Part shown: positions 15,603-29,600 of the stretch, one piece after another
How the letters are laid out: every line of letters starts with the position of its first letter
Position numbering within the stretch: position 1 is the first letter of the stretch
Assembly (NCBI GenBank): GCA_951406725.2
Contig: OX597814.1
Location: 104,780,001 to 104,844,000, forward strand
Source of the DNA: Octopus vulgaris
Taxonomy: Eukaryota
Reading direction: 5' to 3'
DNA: 64,000 bases
Notes under the pieces: generated by a model
Told to the model about the DNA's origin: nothing
Seen by the model: the letters and a program-made list of their open reading frames with translations, nothing else
Databases searched by the model: none
Translations under genes and position numbers: made by a program

Positions 15603-16171
<569 letters not shown>

Positions 16172-16245
16172 TATACATTTATATGTATATCTTTATATAT
16201 ATATATGCATGAATATATATGTATATATATATATATATATGTACA

Positions 16246-16361
<116 letters not shown>

Positions 16362-16783
16362 TATATGTATGTATTTATGTATATATCCACATACTAAGAA
16401 GTTTGATCTTTCAATTACGGCAGCTGGTATTGCCAGGAAAATATTAACATTCGAAGAAGAAAAAAAATCACCCATAGAAAGAATATTAGAGAGGATATAA
16501 CTGCATGTGTGTGTGTGTGTGCGCGCGTGTATTCAATCTATCTACGCCTCTGTCTACATACATATACATAGAACGATATATATTTACACATGTACATGTG
16601 TATGTAAGTTTGCCAATATTTTATGTAGATACAAACAGTCGGAGAAGGGTGAGGTGCGAAGAAAGATCGGAAGGAACCAAACAGCAGAAAATCACAGAAG
16701 ACTGAAGGGGAACAAGAATATAATATGGAATTCCATGTGGAATATGAGAAAGACATGTTTGGCAAAACAGCGGGAATGAGCGT

Positions 16784-16787
<4 letters not shown>

Positions 16788-16863
<76 letters not shown>

Positions 16864-16872
16864 GAGAGAGAG
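16788..16872. repeat. (GA)n microsatellite
   Basis: Direct repeat. Confidence 0.95.
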
Positions 16873-17199
16873 ATTGGGGGAAGTTATTGATAATACAAAA
16901 TGCTGATATGTAAGAAAGTAGAAGGTATGTTAGGGGGGAGGGGTGAATAATGGTAACATATGACTGGATGGGTGTATATAGAGTGTGCGGGGGAACACTT
17001 GACACGGATGCACGCGCACGCACACAAACACACATACATACAAACATACACATACACATACATGTATACATAAGTGTTTATTGGTTACATAAGCAAGAGT
17101 TACTATCAAATAGTTACGAGATGCGTTAGTACTAAATATAATCAGCTGACACTGATTAACTATGCGTGCTAATACATAACACTAATTAATGAAATATAC

Positions 17200-17315
17200 A
17201 CACATACATGCATACATACATACATACATACATACATACATACATACATACATACATACATACATACATACATACATACATACATACATACATACATACA
17301 TACATACATACATAA
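17200..17315. repeat. (CATA)n microsatellite
   Basis: Direct repeat. Confidence 0.95.
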
Positions 17316-18054
17316 GCATACATATACACACATATTTATTATCAGTCGTCAGTACTCTTCGTGCATTATACATACGTATGTACATATGTATGAATAGACA
17401 TGTGTATGAGGGTGTGTGGAATTATGGTTGAGTGTTCAAGATGCTTGCTTTGCAATCCCGGTATCATGTGGATCGGACTCCTTGCAGATATCTTGAAAAA
17501 CTATCCCAAAAAACATCATAGCATTCCGTGAATGTGGGCATTCAGTAAACTCACCTTTTTTTCTACTGCGAGTGTATTGATTGTGTAAACATACGTCTCT
17601 AAGCGTTTGTATACAAAGTGATAAGTACACTAAAACATGTGTGTGTAAGTGTATCCGTGTATATTTTGGATTCGGTTGTTGATTTGCTTTCAGTTTGACA
17701 GGAAGTTGAACAGTCAGCTGTTCTTGGGAACAGGTGTGTACGGGAAGTTGTGTTCTGCTCGCAACGGAGTGCCTGGAACAGGGTGTATTGTATAGACTAC
17801 AAGGTATGTAAAGAAAAAAACAAACAAATAATTTGGCACTAATTAAATACGTGTGCTGATAAATAACACTAATTGCTGATTGATTAAAAAAAGTTTAGTT
17901 AATTTGATTAATTCACATGCCAAGTGAGTGAGAGTGCGCGTGGTTGTTTCACCCCCATTCACGAAACGCAGTGTACTCTTTCATAGGAGATAGTTTCAGG
18001 CAGCACCAACTCGGTGTTGTCTAACAGCGAATAGCGGCGATTTCGTTTTTATAG

Positions 18055-18750
18055 CCGCGATGAAGAACATCAAATACTATTTAAGAAATACCATAAACCT
18101 CCTTTTAATAAACTTTTCAGTTATCACATAAAATGGGAAGCTTTGTTGTAAATGGCAATCAACTCTTGCTTCCGAATATGACTTTAGAAGATGAAACCTT
18201 TTAGATTATCTCCTAAAATGGGTTTACCTGCAAACACGACAGAAGAATATTTGCAAATAATATGGCGCATCAAAACCTAAGGCCTAAATTGAGACAATCG
18301 CTCAAGCTTGTCAGAAACTTAGACTTATCACCTACAGCATTATAAACACAGGTACAAAACATTCGTCGCTTTGCATGGAATAGAAAACAGCACGGATCGT
18401 CTTATCGCACATAGACCTTACAAAACTGCTGAGGACCTTAACAAAAATTTTTTATTTACTCCCAAGTTTCGACTCCACTATCGTCAAGATTATAAACGCC
18501 ACTGCATTGATTCGATATGGCTGCAACGCCAGTGTCATCATGTTATTCTATAGCTTTGAAAATAAAGTGCAATGAGATTTATTCAATTCAATATAATGGA
18601 ATTATTCTCATCTAATTTAAATAATTTACTTGATTGCCTGGAATTTGGGAAAACAATTTGGTTCAACCCACCCTACAACATGAACATCAACATCAACACA
18701 ATAATAATTTCATGCCCCCTCTTAAGCAAACGTTTATCAAGCATACATGA
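18055..18750 (+). mobile_element. Penelope-like retroelement relic
   Basis: IWFNPPYN motif (18655-18680) typical of PLE ORFs upstream of GIY-YIG; N-terminal KNI...IKWEA resembles the KNIP...MRWKA motif; very degenerate. Confidence 0.6.
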
Positions 18751-19136
18751 ATAGGAACGGTTTTCAGCGTGAGTGGATGGTGGCGGTGCTTGGTGGCAGT
18801 GTGGCTTCTGAGGAAGAGAAAAAGAAACGGAAAATAATTATCATTAGGGAAAGCAGTGAGCATTAATTTAAAGTTGTAAACTCGGAAATAAAAAAAAAAT
18901 CGATCGGCTTCGTTTAATAGGAAAAACAAAACTGCAATGAATTTATTTACATAATATCTTTCTCTGTTGTTTTAAAACTATCTTAGAAGGATCCATCAGA
19001 TATCGAACGCCGAAACTGTAAATTGCTGACCTATTGATTAATGTGTTCATTACAAACGTGTCTCTAAACACACCAACACTCTCATCTATATACATTATAA
19101 ACACACCACGTGTGTATATATATATGTGTGTGTGTT

Positions 19137-19172
<36 letters not shown>

Positions 19173-19219
19173 CACACATACACACCTATATGTATATAGG
19201 TGTGTGTGTACATATATAG

Positions 19220-19275
<56 letters not shown>

Positions 19276-19658
19276 ATATGTCTGTGTGTGTGTACTTATA
19301 AACACACGCACATTAATACATGTTTGTGTTGGTGTGCACGTGTGTGTTAAATGTGACACTGGTTTATATATATTTCTAGAGATGTTTATCAACTGATAAT
19401 CGATAAGCTGTAAAGATAATCGATTTGCTGTAAAGATGTAATACTTTGTTTTTATTCTTTCCTTCCTGTATTTTTCCATGTCGCCACCCACCCCAACCCC
19501 CGCATTCCTTAGAACTCTGATTTCTTTAATCCATCCTCGACTGCGTAAACAATCTCTGAGAGACAATCGCTATCAATAAGCGATTAGAAATCCATTCCTT
19601 AACTGTTTCACTTCGTTACATGATTTCATTCGCGGCCAGATTGCGAAAAGACAAAAGC

Positions 19659-19673
19659 TACTACTACTACTAT

Positions 19674-19735
<62 letters not shown>

Positions 19736-19775
19736 TGATGATGATAATAATAATAATAACAACAACAACAACAAC

Positions 19776-19828
<53 letters not shown>

Positions 19829-20071
19829 GAAGAAGAAGGAGGAGGAGGAGAAGAAGAAGGAGGAGGAGGAGAAGAAGAAGAAGAAGAAGAAGAAGAAGGT
19901 GGAGGAGGAGAAGAAGAAGAAGAAGAAGAAGAAGAAGAAGAAGAAGAAGAAAAAGAAGAAGAAGGAGAAGGAGAAGAAGAAGAAGAAGAAGAAGAAGAAG
20001 AAGAAGAAGAAGAAGAAGAAGAAGAAGAAGAAGAAGAAGAAGAAGAAGAAGAAGAAGAAGAAGAAGAAGAA
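19659..20071. repeat. Compound (CTA)(GAT)(AAT)(AAC)(AAT)(AAG/GAG)n microsatellite
   Basis: Direct repeats. Confidence 0.95.
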
Positions 20072-20456
20072 GGTTTTTGGTCCAATGAAATCAAAGAATG
20101 CTCATTAAACTGGCTGCCATTAAATTCTTTTTTTTTAAGAATCCCCCCACTTCTTCCTTTCGTTTCGATTCAGTATTTATTCATTGTTTTAATGATTCCA
20201 AGTATCATAGGAGTCTTTTGGTCCCTTTACCATCTTCTCTACCCCTGTCCCCTATAATCTTTCCTTGTATTCTAAACGAGATGATGAGATAACCAATGAC
20301 ATTATGTAAGGCGGGAAAGGAAGAAAAAGAAAAAGATGCATTTCCTTCGTTCTTCTCGCCCTCTTTTTTCTTTTGCTTTGTTATTTGAAAGGGATACTTT
20401 TGACGTCAGCAGGAAATTTCTAACAGGCAAGCTGTACCCCATTTAATACTATCTAT

Positions 20457-20512
<56 letters not shown>

Positions 20513-20551
20513 GATTTCCCCTACCTTTTTTCGCTATCATCATCATCATCA

Positions 20552-20619
<68 letters not shown>

Positions 20620-21433
20620 GACTTTGCACAACTTCTGACACTGGAGGTGTACTACAGTGTCAGCTGTTCACTACCAGTGAACTAAGGTAACACCTCTTAT
20701 TTTCCGAGCACATTCCAAAGTATTCGAGCGGTTCCAAGCAGTGCTATTTCTGCAAGTGCCCCACCCTTATTACAGCCTCTATTTGTTTCACGTACTTCTC
20801 GAGATTTTTAATCACTGTTCCCAGGGCTCCGACAATTATTGGTACTACTGCTACCTTTTTCTTCGACCTCAACTGCTTAACTTCCCAAGCTAACCTGTCA
20901 TATCTCTCGACGTTTCTTTCTTCCTTATCGCATACCTTGTTGTCAGCTGGGCATTCTATATCTATGATCCAGCATAGTTTGTTTTCTTTCTCAATGAAGA
21001 CTATGTCTGGCTTCCTATTCTCTATCTCATGGTCTCACTGAATCATAAAATCCCATAGGATCTTTGCACTTCTATTTTCGACGATGCCTTCAGGTTTGTG
21101 GTCGTACCAATATTTTGCTCTGTCAAGTCCATACTTGTTGTAAAATGTCCAATGGACAAACCTGGCTATATTGTCGTGGCATATCTTATATTCCTTCTGG
21201 GCTAGTGGCATACATTGTTTGGTAATATGCCATACGGTTTCAACATTTTGTCCACAGATTCTGCACTTATCACTTTCTGCTCTGTTGTCTATTCTGTATT
21301 TTACGTAGTTTGTTCTTAGTGCTTGCTCTTGGGCAGCACAGATTAGAGCCTCCGCTTCCGGTTTTAAATCCCTTTTAGTCATTCACAGCCATCTTTTTTC
21401 TCTGTCTTGTCTTGTCTTCAACATCTCTATGAG
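20620..21433 (-). mobile_element. R4/Dong-clade non-LTR retrotransposon, 5'-truncated (CCHC knuckle plus RLE endonuclease)
   Basis: KPEAEALICAAQEQALRTN, CRICGQNVETVWHITKQC, HDNIA, KILWDF, RKPDIV, VVPIIVGALG; 3' end abuts the (TAA)n run at 20555-20619. Confidence 0.9.
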
Positions 21434-21650
21434 GCTGGTGATATGTGTATGTAAGTGTGAGCGGTGATATGCATTGTGTAATGTGTGTAGCATATATGTA
21501 TGCATTAGGTAGTATGTTTGAAAGTGTAGATGCTTTATGTGTAAGTGCGTTTTGTGGTATGTGTGTGCGTGTCTGTGTTTCGGCATGTGTATGTAAGAGT
21601 GGTTGTTGGCATTTGTGTGTGTAAGTGAATTTGGTGGTGTAGAGGTAGTG

Positions 21651-21926
21651 AGCTGGTAAGGCGGCGAGCTGGCAAAGGCGGCGAGCTAGCAAAGGCGGCG
21701 AGCTGGCAGAAACGTTAGCACGCCGGGCGAAATGCTTAGCGGTATTTCGTCTGCGTTACGTTGTGAGTTCAAATTCCGCCGAGGTCGACTTTGCCTTTCA
21801 ACCTTTCGGGGTCGATAAATTAAGTATCAGTTACGCACCGGGGTCGATGTAATCGACTTAATACCTATGTTTGTCCTTGTTTGCCCCCTCTGTGTTTAGC
21901 CCCTTGTGGGTAATAAAGAAATAGGT
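21651..21926 (+). mobile_element. SINE family A monomer with 18-bp TSD and triplicated head
   Basis: TSD GGTGGTGTAGAGGTAGTG at 21633-21650 and 21924-21941; AAGGCGGCGAGCT(G/A)GCA repeated three times at the 5' end. Confidence 0.92.
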
Positions 21927-22004
21927 GGTGTAGAGGTAGTGTAGTGAATGCATATGTAGGTGGTGGTGTATCTGTGTAAATTTCGTTTGTGAAAGGGACG
22001 TGTA

Positions 22005-22981
22005 CAAGGTCTGATCAATAAGTATCCCGACCGGTGCTATAAAAACAAAACGGCAGCACGTACCTAGTTGGCATTGAATCTCCTTCAAAGTAGCCCCCCT
22101 CGGAAGCCACACACTTAACCCAGCGCTGTTTCCATCGATGGAAGCATTCCTGGAACTCGCACACACATACACACACGCACACACACAAACTCACACATAT
22201 ATACCACTTCCTACATTATACGCACATAAACACAACACATATTAACACAGATACACCACCACCTACATATGCATTCACTACACTACCTCCATACCACCAA
22301 ATTCACTTACACACATAAATGCCAACAACCACTCTTACATACACATGCCGAAACACAGACACGCACACACATACCACAAAACACACTTACACATAAAGCA
22401 TCAACACCTGCCTCGTCGCATTCACTTTAATTTCCTCGACATCCAAAAACTGCTGCACGACCTGCGCTGAGTGGGCAGGTGCGCGGTCAGCTCAATGCAG
22501 TTTTGGTACGAACTTGGCAGACTTGCATCTCATACCCAAAATTCTCAGTGATAATGGACTGAACTGAACCATAACTAATCTGCACATTTTTTGATAACTC
22601 ACGGATGGTGATTCGACGATTTCTTCTCACACAATTCACGAACAACTGCGACGTTTTTCTCTGTTGGTTGCGGGTCGGCTCATATACCCCTTCCATACAG
22701 TTTCTGCAAATTTGTGTTGGCCTCTGAGCAGGTATCACCAAGCTTCTGGCAAAATTTGATGCAGATTCTGTGCTCAGCTTTCTCTGTCATGGTCAATGCG
22801 ACGGTCACGCTACACACGTTACTTCCAAGCACTGCTGTAAACATCGGAAGTGACCCAGAACGTTAAAAGTTAGTGTTCATGCACACAGCGTTCAAGGTCA
22901 ATCTGTGCCAAGCGGCTTCACTCTGCGTGCTTTAGCTTCGTTACTATGGCAACAGTCCGAATACTTTTTGATCAAACCACA
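22005..22981 (-). mobile_element. Internally deleted mariner element
   Basis: Imperfect TIRs CAAGGTCTGATCAATAAGTATCCCGACCG / CAGTCCGAATACTTTTTGATCAAACCACA, flanked by TA; transposase pieces NRRITIRELSKNVQISYGSVQSII, SAKFVPKL, APAHSA, EFQECFHRWKQRWVKCVASEGGYFEG. Confidence 0.85.
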
Positions 22982-24170
22982 TAAACATTTGAAGTAACCA
23001 ATGTGTATGTGTGTAAAAGTGAGTAGTTATGTGTATGTGTGTATATGTGCTGAGTGGCGCGTGTATGTAAGTGTCGGTGGTGTATTGTAAGTGTAAGTAT
23101 ATTTAGCGGTGTGCATGTTTAAGTGTGGGTGTCAGTGGTCGAATATGTAAGTGTGGTTGTGTGGCGTAGATAGTGGTGGTCTGTGTGTAAGTGTAGTAGC
23201 GTGTGAGGAAAGGCTTGTGTGTGCGTGTGTGTGTGTGTGCATAGGTGTGATGCAACATGCATGCGTAAATGCGTTAACTGATAGAAATGGCGGAATGCGC
23301 GTATGTTTATGAGATATTTTAGTTGTTTTCTTTTCCTCAAACAAAATTCTTAGTGACAGAAAATATCGACATAAATCTCAAGAATTGCAGGAAAATAATA
23401 CTTTCACTGAAAGGTATTATTAGCTCAGAATGCCTGCTTACCATTTCAGGGATGTCTTTAGAGATAGCAGTTAGGGTTTCGATTTTTTTTCCCACCTTCA
23501 TCCAGCTTGCATATAATTGTGTGTGTATGCAGAGATATATGAAGAAATGAGTGAAAGAAAGAAAGCGAATGAATTTTGGCCTTTACAAAGTATTTTACAT
23601 TCGTTAAAAAAATTGAATTCATAAACTGTGGCCATACCTATAATCTTGCAATGGATTTCGAATAACGAGCCTCCATTTGCAGAAACAGATATATCAACAA
23701 TTCTCAAATCATCTTTAAAATGGTGTATTATCTTCATCTTCATTATTCACGTTCTACCTCGATAATTCACTCCTACCCTCGCCCTCTGCCTTGCACACAC
23801 ATCGCCATGTGTATATCTCATGCGAGTGTGTATGAACATCTCTCTTCCTCTCCCTCTCCCCTCTCTCTCTCTATGTTTGTCTGTCCGTCTATCTAAAACG
23901 CATCTCTCACACAGATACACAACGCAGGTACACACAGACACACACACACGCACACACATACACACACGTATACGCACACACGCATACGCACACACTGGCA
24001 TATGCGGACACACAATGAACAATGTTCATAGAAGGGAAATACAAAATGTACAAAAAGTATCGCACACGCACTATGATAAACATACACACCCATAAACACA
24101 CACAGGCATCATTAGATATAACCAGAATCATCGGGAGAAAGAGAGAGAGAGAAAGAAAGAGAGAGAGAGA

Positions 24171-24213
<43 letters not shown>

Positions 24214-24849
24214 GCTCGGGATATACCTGACACATCAACCATAAGTCACGCTACGGTCTTACAATACGAAAAAGATGTGACCTTCAGAGGGTTTTAGAAA
24301 CACAAAAATGCGAGATGGTCAAAAGTGGAGCGTCTTGCTCATAACTTTGGTTAGATAGGAATGAAACAGGGCGAAACAAGCATCAACAGCAATACAACGG
24401 CAACAGCAGAAGCAGCAACATCACCACAACAACCACCACCACCACCAACAACAACAACATAATGACGATCAAAGAATTAGTTACTCGTTCATTCCCTATT
24501 CTATAAATGTAATATGACCTACACATCGAGACATAATATTAAGAGACACGTTAAGAGACATGTTTTTTAAGCGCTATTTAAACCCCTCAGCGTTCAGTTT
24601 AATCTGTCAATGAAATACTTATTGACATTTTTTTGAATTCATCCTGCATTATTTCGTGGCTTTGAGATTCCGATGATGTGACTGTTTATCTTTAGAAAGA
24701 CATTGTTGGATAGGTGTGAAAGGATGGATCTGTGCAGTTTGAACATCATCATCATCATCGACGACGTCGTCGTCGTCGTCATCAATCTCATCACGCCAGA
24801 AATGATTATGATAATTAACGTTTTTCTCTCTCCATTGCATCCCTATCCG

Positions 24850-25697
24850 AGTGGCAGGTGTTGCGGTTGTATGGAGTAGATGATAAATTGATGAGAGCTG
24901 CACGGAGTTTTTATAGAGAAAGCAGGGCGTGCGTTAGGGTGGATGGTGAAGTAAGTGAGTGGTTTGATGTGAAGGTGGGGTTAAGACATGGTTGTGTGAT
25001 GTCCCCGTGGCTGTTTAATTTATATATGGATGGTGTCGTAAGAAAGATGAATGCTAGAAGCTTTGGTAGGGGAGCCCAAACGGTGGGAGAAATGGAGAGC
25101 ACTGGTGGCGGATTCGGAAGAGCAACTGAGGAGACTGGTGGTAGAGTTTGGAAGAGTGTGTGAGAGGAGGAATCTGGAAGTGAATGTAGTTAAGACTAAG
25201 GTGATGAGATGTTCAAGAGATGGAACGGCTGGTAGAATAGATGTGAGTATAAATGGTGAGATGTTAGAGGAGGTGAGGGTTTTTAAGTATCTGGGATCAC
25301 ATGTGACGGCAGATGGAGGGTTGGTTGACGAAGTGGGATACAGAGTAAAGGAGGGGAGTAAGATACTTGGAGTTGTGAAAGGTATGCTGAGAGATAAAAG
25401 GTCGAGCATGAAAGCAAAAAGAGGTGTGTATGAGGGTGTGATTGTGCCGACAATGTTACATGGTGCAGGGACGTGAGGGATGAGGGAGACGGAAAGGAGG
25501 TGACTAGATGTGTTTGAGATGAGATGTTTGAGTGCTATGGTTGGTGTGGCACGGTTGGACAGGATTAGAATGAGGAGGTGCGAAGACAGCAGGAATGAAA
25601 GAAAAACTAACAACCAAAATGAATAGATGAATGTTGAGGTGGTTTGGTCACATGGAGAGGATGGATGAGGAGCGGATGGTAAGGAGGGTGATGAATA
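24850..25697 (+). mobile_element. RTE-clade LINE reverse-transcriptase fragment
   Basis: GLRHGCVMSPWLFNLYMD, ALVADSEEQL, NVVKTKVM, FKYLGS, IVPTMLHG, VFEMRCL, RWFGHMERM; FADD region deleted, stops present. Confidence 0.9.
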
Positions 25698-26124
25698 TTT
25701 GAATAAATTTGCTCCATGATCGAAACTGCATTTACTGCGGTCAGTTCTTAACGCATTGCACGTGGGTATAAAAGAAAGATGTGATTTCTACTTGGCAGTA
25801 TATTTTACGAGTGTGGATAGGTATTGGTTACGCGATGTTGCCGATCGCATGCATATTTTGGGATACTCGTAAATCTATGCTATGGAATACTGTCGCTGAT
25901 GAGAACAGTAAGTAAAACATTTTTTACTTTAAGCGTGGAACATGATCTTCTACGCAGTTAACCGAACCTTGTTGATTCATTATTTTTCTTTTGCTCGCCT
26001 ACAATATAGTGTGTTATTCTCAGAGATTTTAAGGTAGTAATAGGGGCTTTAGTGTCTATTTCTTGCAGTACGTGGTGAGGGGTAAAGCCGATCCCTAGTT
26101 ATAATTATGTATATAAATATAAAA

Positions 26125-26162
<38 letters not shown>

Positions 26163-26171
26163 TTTTATTAT

Positions 26172-26238
<67 letters not shown>

Positions 26239-26278
26239 ATGTATGTATATATTGATATATATATATATATATATATAT

Positions 26279-26820
26279 CATCTCTCCTTTCATGTTCCCA
26301 CCCGTCAACCAGAGCCAGAATTCTTTGCTTCCAGCATTCTCAGTTTGTTGCATGAATTGGCCATGCAGTTCCATTTCTTTCTGCTGTTGTTCTTCCATTT
26401 CTCTTTGTATTCTCCTGCTGTTCTAGTTACTTTTTGGGAATCTCTGACTTCCGATAGTATTTTTTTCTTTACTCTGCACAACATAATTTTTCAAACGCAG
26501 TATCGCACGATAAATAATGCTTTATGCATTTAGTAACTAGGTAGAGTGGGTCTGTATTGCTTTTAGTGTGGGCTGTGTCGTGTATTGCGAGCAGCTTTCT
26601 AGTTTTTCTATCCAAGTCCTGTAGCTCGACCTTTGTCCATTTCAGAAAGGGAGCAGAGTATCTCAGAGCTTTGCCTATGTTTCTATGGCTTTAATGATGT
26701 CTCCTCGATTTAGTTTTCTTTCGAGCTGTTTCCTACTCCTCCTCTGGCACAGTTTAGTGAGTCTTTCTCTTAGGTCTCCATTATTCCATCGTCTTGCAAC
26801 ACTCCTAAATATTTGAACGC
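26279..26820 (-). mobile_element. Second R4/Dong-clade fragment (RT thumb region)
   Basis: FKYLGVLQ, RYSAPFLKWTKVELQDLDRKTRKLLAIH, LHGQF...[10 protein letters not shown]. Confidence 0.8.
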
Positions 26821-27854
26821 CTCATTATTCAGTCGGTCTAGGAATTGAAACCACCATCTCGCGATCGTGAGCGCCACACCTAAAAACACAAGGCCATGCG
26901 CCCGCTTTTAGAATAAACCCCTAAGGAACAGCTGACGATCTTCCGATAGAAGCTTCGTAATCTTCGAAAATGAAGGAAACGTGTTGTTTAATAAAAGACA
27001 CAACAAAGAGTTTGTAACAAAAACGAACTCACAATCCATGTGTTGCTGATACGATACTTTAGTCACTGAGTGATATAATGCTTCATTTAGATGTTAGTAC
27101 AGACAGTTGAGTAGATAGTATATTAGGCATCAAACCGGGAGTTTGGGAGTTCACATCCTGTGTGTGGCCAAAACAATAGACAGTCGATTGTTACATCGTA
27201 GGCTGTAATCGTTGATGGAAACCGCAGCGTCATGAGAAAATTGACGAGTGCTTCATTACTTCTCCCTTATGATCAACCGTCGCCCCCTCTGGGCATTTGA
27301 AGGGGTAACGGACTATGATGAAGCGAAAGCCTTCTAGTATTTCATCGATGACGTCACGATTCGCCTTGGAAATATATTTGGATATTGTCTTTATTTACAG
27401 TGCATGCGTGTGTATGTGTTCATGTGTGTGTATGCGTGTGTGTGTTTGCATGTGTATGAAACAGTGTGCAAGACTGCCGTTTGTGGAATACATCATTCAC
27501 AGCCATTTAATACTAAGGGGATAATTTACACTAAAACAAGGGATTCCACATAAACTATATTTAGAAAGGTTAAACGATATCACTTTGCGGATTTTCGCAT
27601 CTGGGAGTTTTCAGCAACAAAATTGCCAATTAAAATATATTTATAACAGCTTACTACGGTTAATTAGCATGCATTTGGAATGAAACGAAAATGAAGGAAT
27701 GAGATACAAATTGAAATTCAGTATGATGTGTGACTGAATAATGTGTGTTTGTATGTGTGTGTGTATGCGTGTGTATGTGTGTGTGTCCACGCCATCTTGA
27801 AGACACACATGTCTTACATCATATACAACCTCGAAGAGATGGAAGCGCGCAAGC

Positions 27855-27904
<50 letters not shown>

Positions 27905-28092
27905 ATGTATGCATGCATGACTAGTATGCCGCAATATATATATATACATACACAAACATACACACTTGCTCATTTACATTCAGAGACACACGGATACAGA
28001 GGCGCATTCATCCATCTGCACATACATTAAATGAGTCGGCATAAATAAAGCTGTAATTATTATTTTGCCTTTCTCGTCTCAGAAACCCGCAC

Positions 28093-28140
<48 letters not shown>

Positions 28141-28734
28141 ATCCTGTAGCTAGGTGCATTAATATAATTTGTGATTAAGTTTCTCAATGAAAGACATAAT
28201 GAAACCTCCACAACGGACAGAAACTCCATTTGTGTATCTGCGCATCTAATCTCTGAAATAACGTTCATTTGCCATTCGAGAAAAGCATTCAATTATCATC
28301 CTGAACATTCGAATTCATTTAACTCCATATTTTCTAACTAATATATAGCATTAGCACCGCCAGCAGATAGTTTTACTCTTGTAGCCTTTCAACTCTAAGT
28401 TGTTTTCATAGCTGTATGCTATTATATCTGTCACGTGAACGCCCCCCTCCCCACATACACATACACACACATGCACACAATTATATATTCGCATTAAGTA
28501 ATGAAGTTACCTTTTCTACATGGTCTCTCTGTCTGCTCGAAATAGCAGCCTAATCTCTCTAAAATCGAACGTTGCCATCTAAAAAGAAAAGAAGGACGCA
28601 TTGGAACAATATATACTATGAATCAACAGTCTTCATATTCAATGTCTCCCCAGTGTTACTGCTGGACTCTATTCCTTTCGACTCTTCCAGCTGCACGGAC
28701 GGAAGCTGCTTTCCGCTTGCTATCTGCTCAAATG

Positions 28735-28953
28735 TATTTCACTACTGCCCACAAAGGGCTAAACACAGAGAGGACAAACGGATTATGTCGATTACATCGA
28801 CCCTAGGGCGTAACTGGTACTTAATTTATCGATCCCGAAAGGATGAAAGGCAAAGTCGACCTCGGCGGAATTTGAACTCAGAACGTAACGGCAGACGAAA
28901 TACGGCTACGCATTTCGCCCGGCGTGCTAACGAGTCTGCCAGCTCGCCGCCTT
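28735..28953 (-). mobile_element. SINE family A monomer
   Basis: Full head, B-box and core; flanked by TGCTCAAATG direct repeats. Confidence 0.9.
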
Positions 28954-29139
28954 GCTCAAATGGCGTCTCAAATGGCGTATCTGCTCAAATGGCTTCTCGT
29001 CAAAGACTTTCGGAAGATACTGAATCAATTCCTGCTATCCCCGCCTGCCGCAGAATGCAATCCAACGTGGGGTAGTTGCCGCCATAGTATTCAATCTTTG
29101 GCAAGATTTTACAGGGAAAGTGTACGAAGACCTGTTCGC

Positions 29140-29600
29140 ATGTTGTAATGTTATCTCTCCATCTCGAGTTGGCGACCTCTGTTTCTCTTTCCATTGACCA
29201 CGCCCTCCGGACAGATCTTGCTGATGCTAGAAACAACTCGCTTAGTGTGGCCAAGCAGTTGATGTACTTTAGCTATGATGACAGATGTGATTGGTAGTAA
29301 TTTGGTTATTTATCTTAGATAATCAATTCTGACATAGTCTGAGAGTTTGGTGTCAGTGATAAGTCGCTTTACATGACTTTGTTTCTGAAGTGCAACAGAA
29401 GTCCATTTGGCACATTTTAGACCGTATAAAACGATTGGAAGAAAATAGGTGTTGTAGATGCTAGAATTAATGTGGTATGGCATCCTTTTTGAAGGAAATG
29501 TAATATCATTCTTTTTGTGAAGGGTTACTAAATAACTAATATGACAACACCTGGGAGCAGGGCCTTGAAACTTGAGTAAAATCGGCGACAGAATCATATT
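29140..29600 (-). mobile_element. RTE-clade LINE C-terminal relic
   Basis: LPIVLYG...W, LGHTKR, EGVVNGKRNRGR, RWRDNI motifs. Confidence 0.7.

Noticed and set aside
28572-29075. 167-aa ORF of apparently normal composition
   Set aside because: Runs across an antisense family-A SINE and into DNA next to an RTE relic; chance open frame
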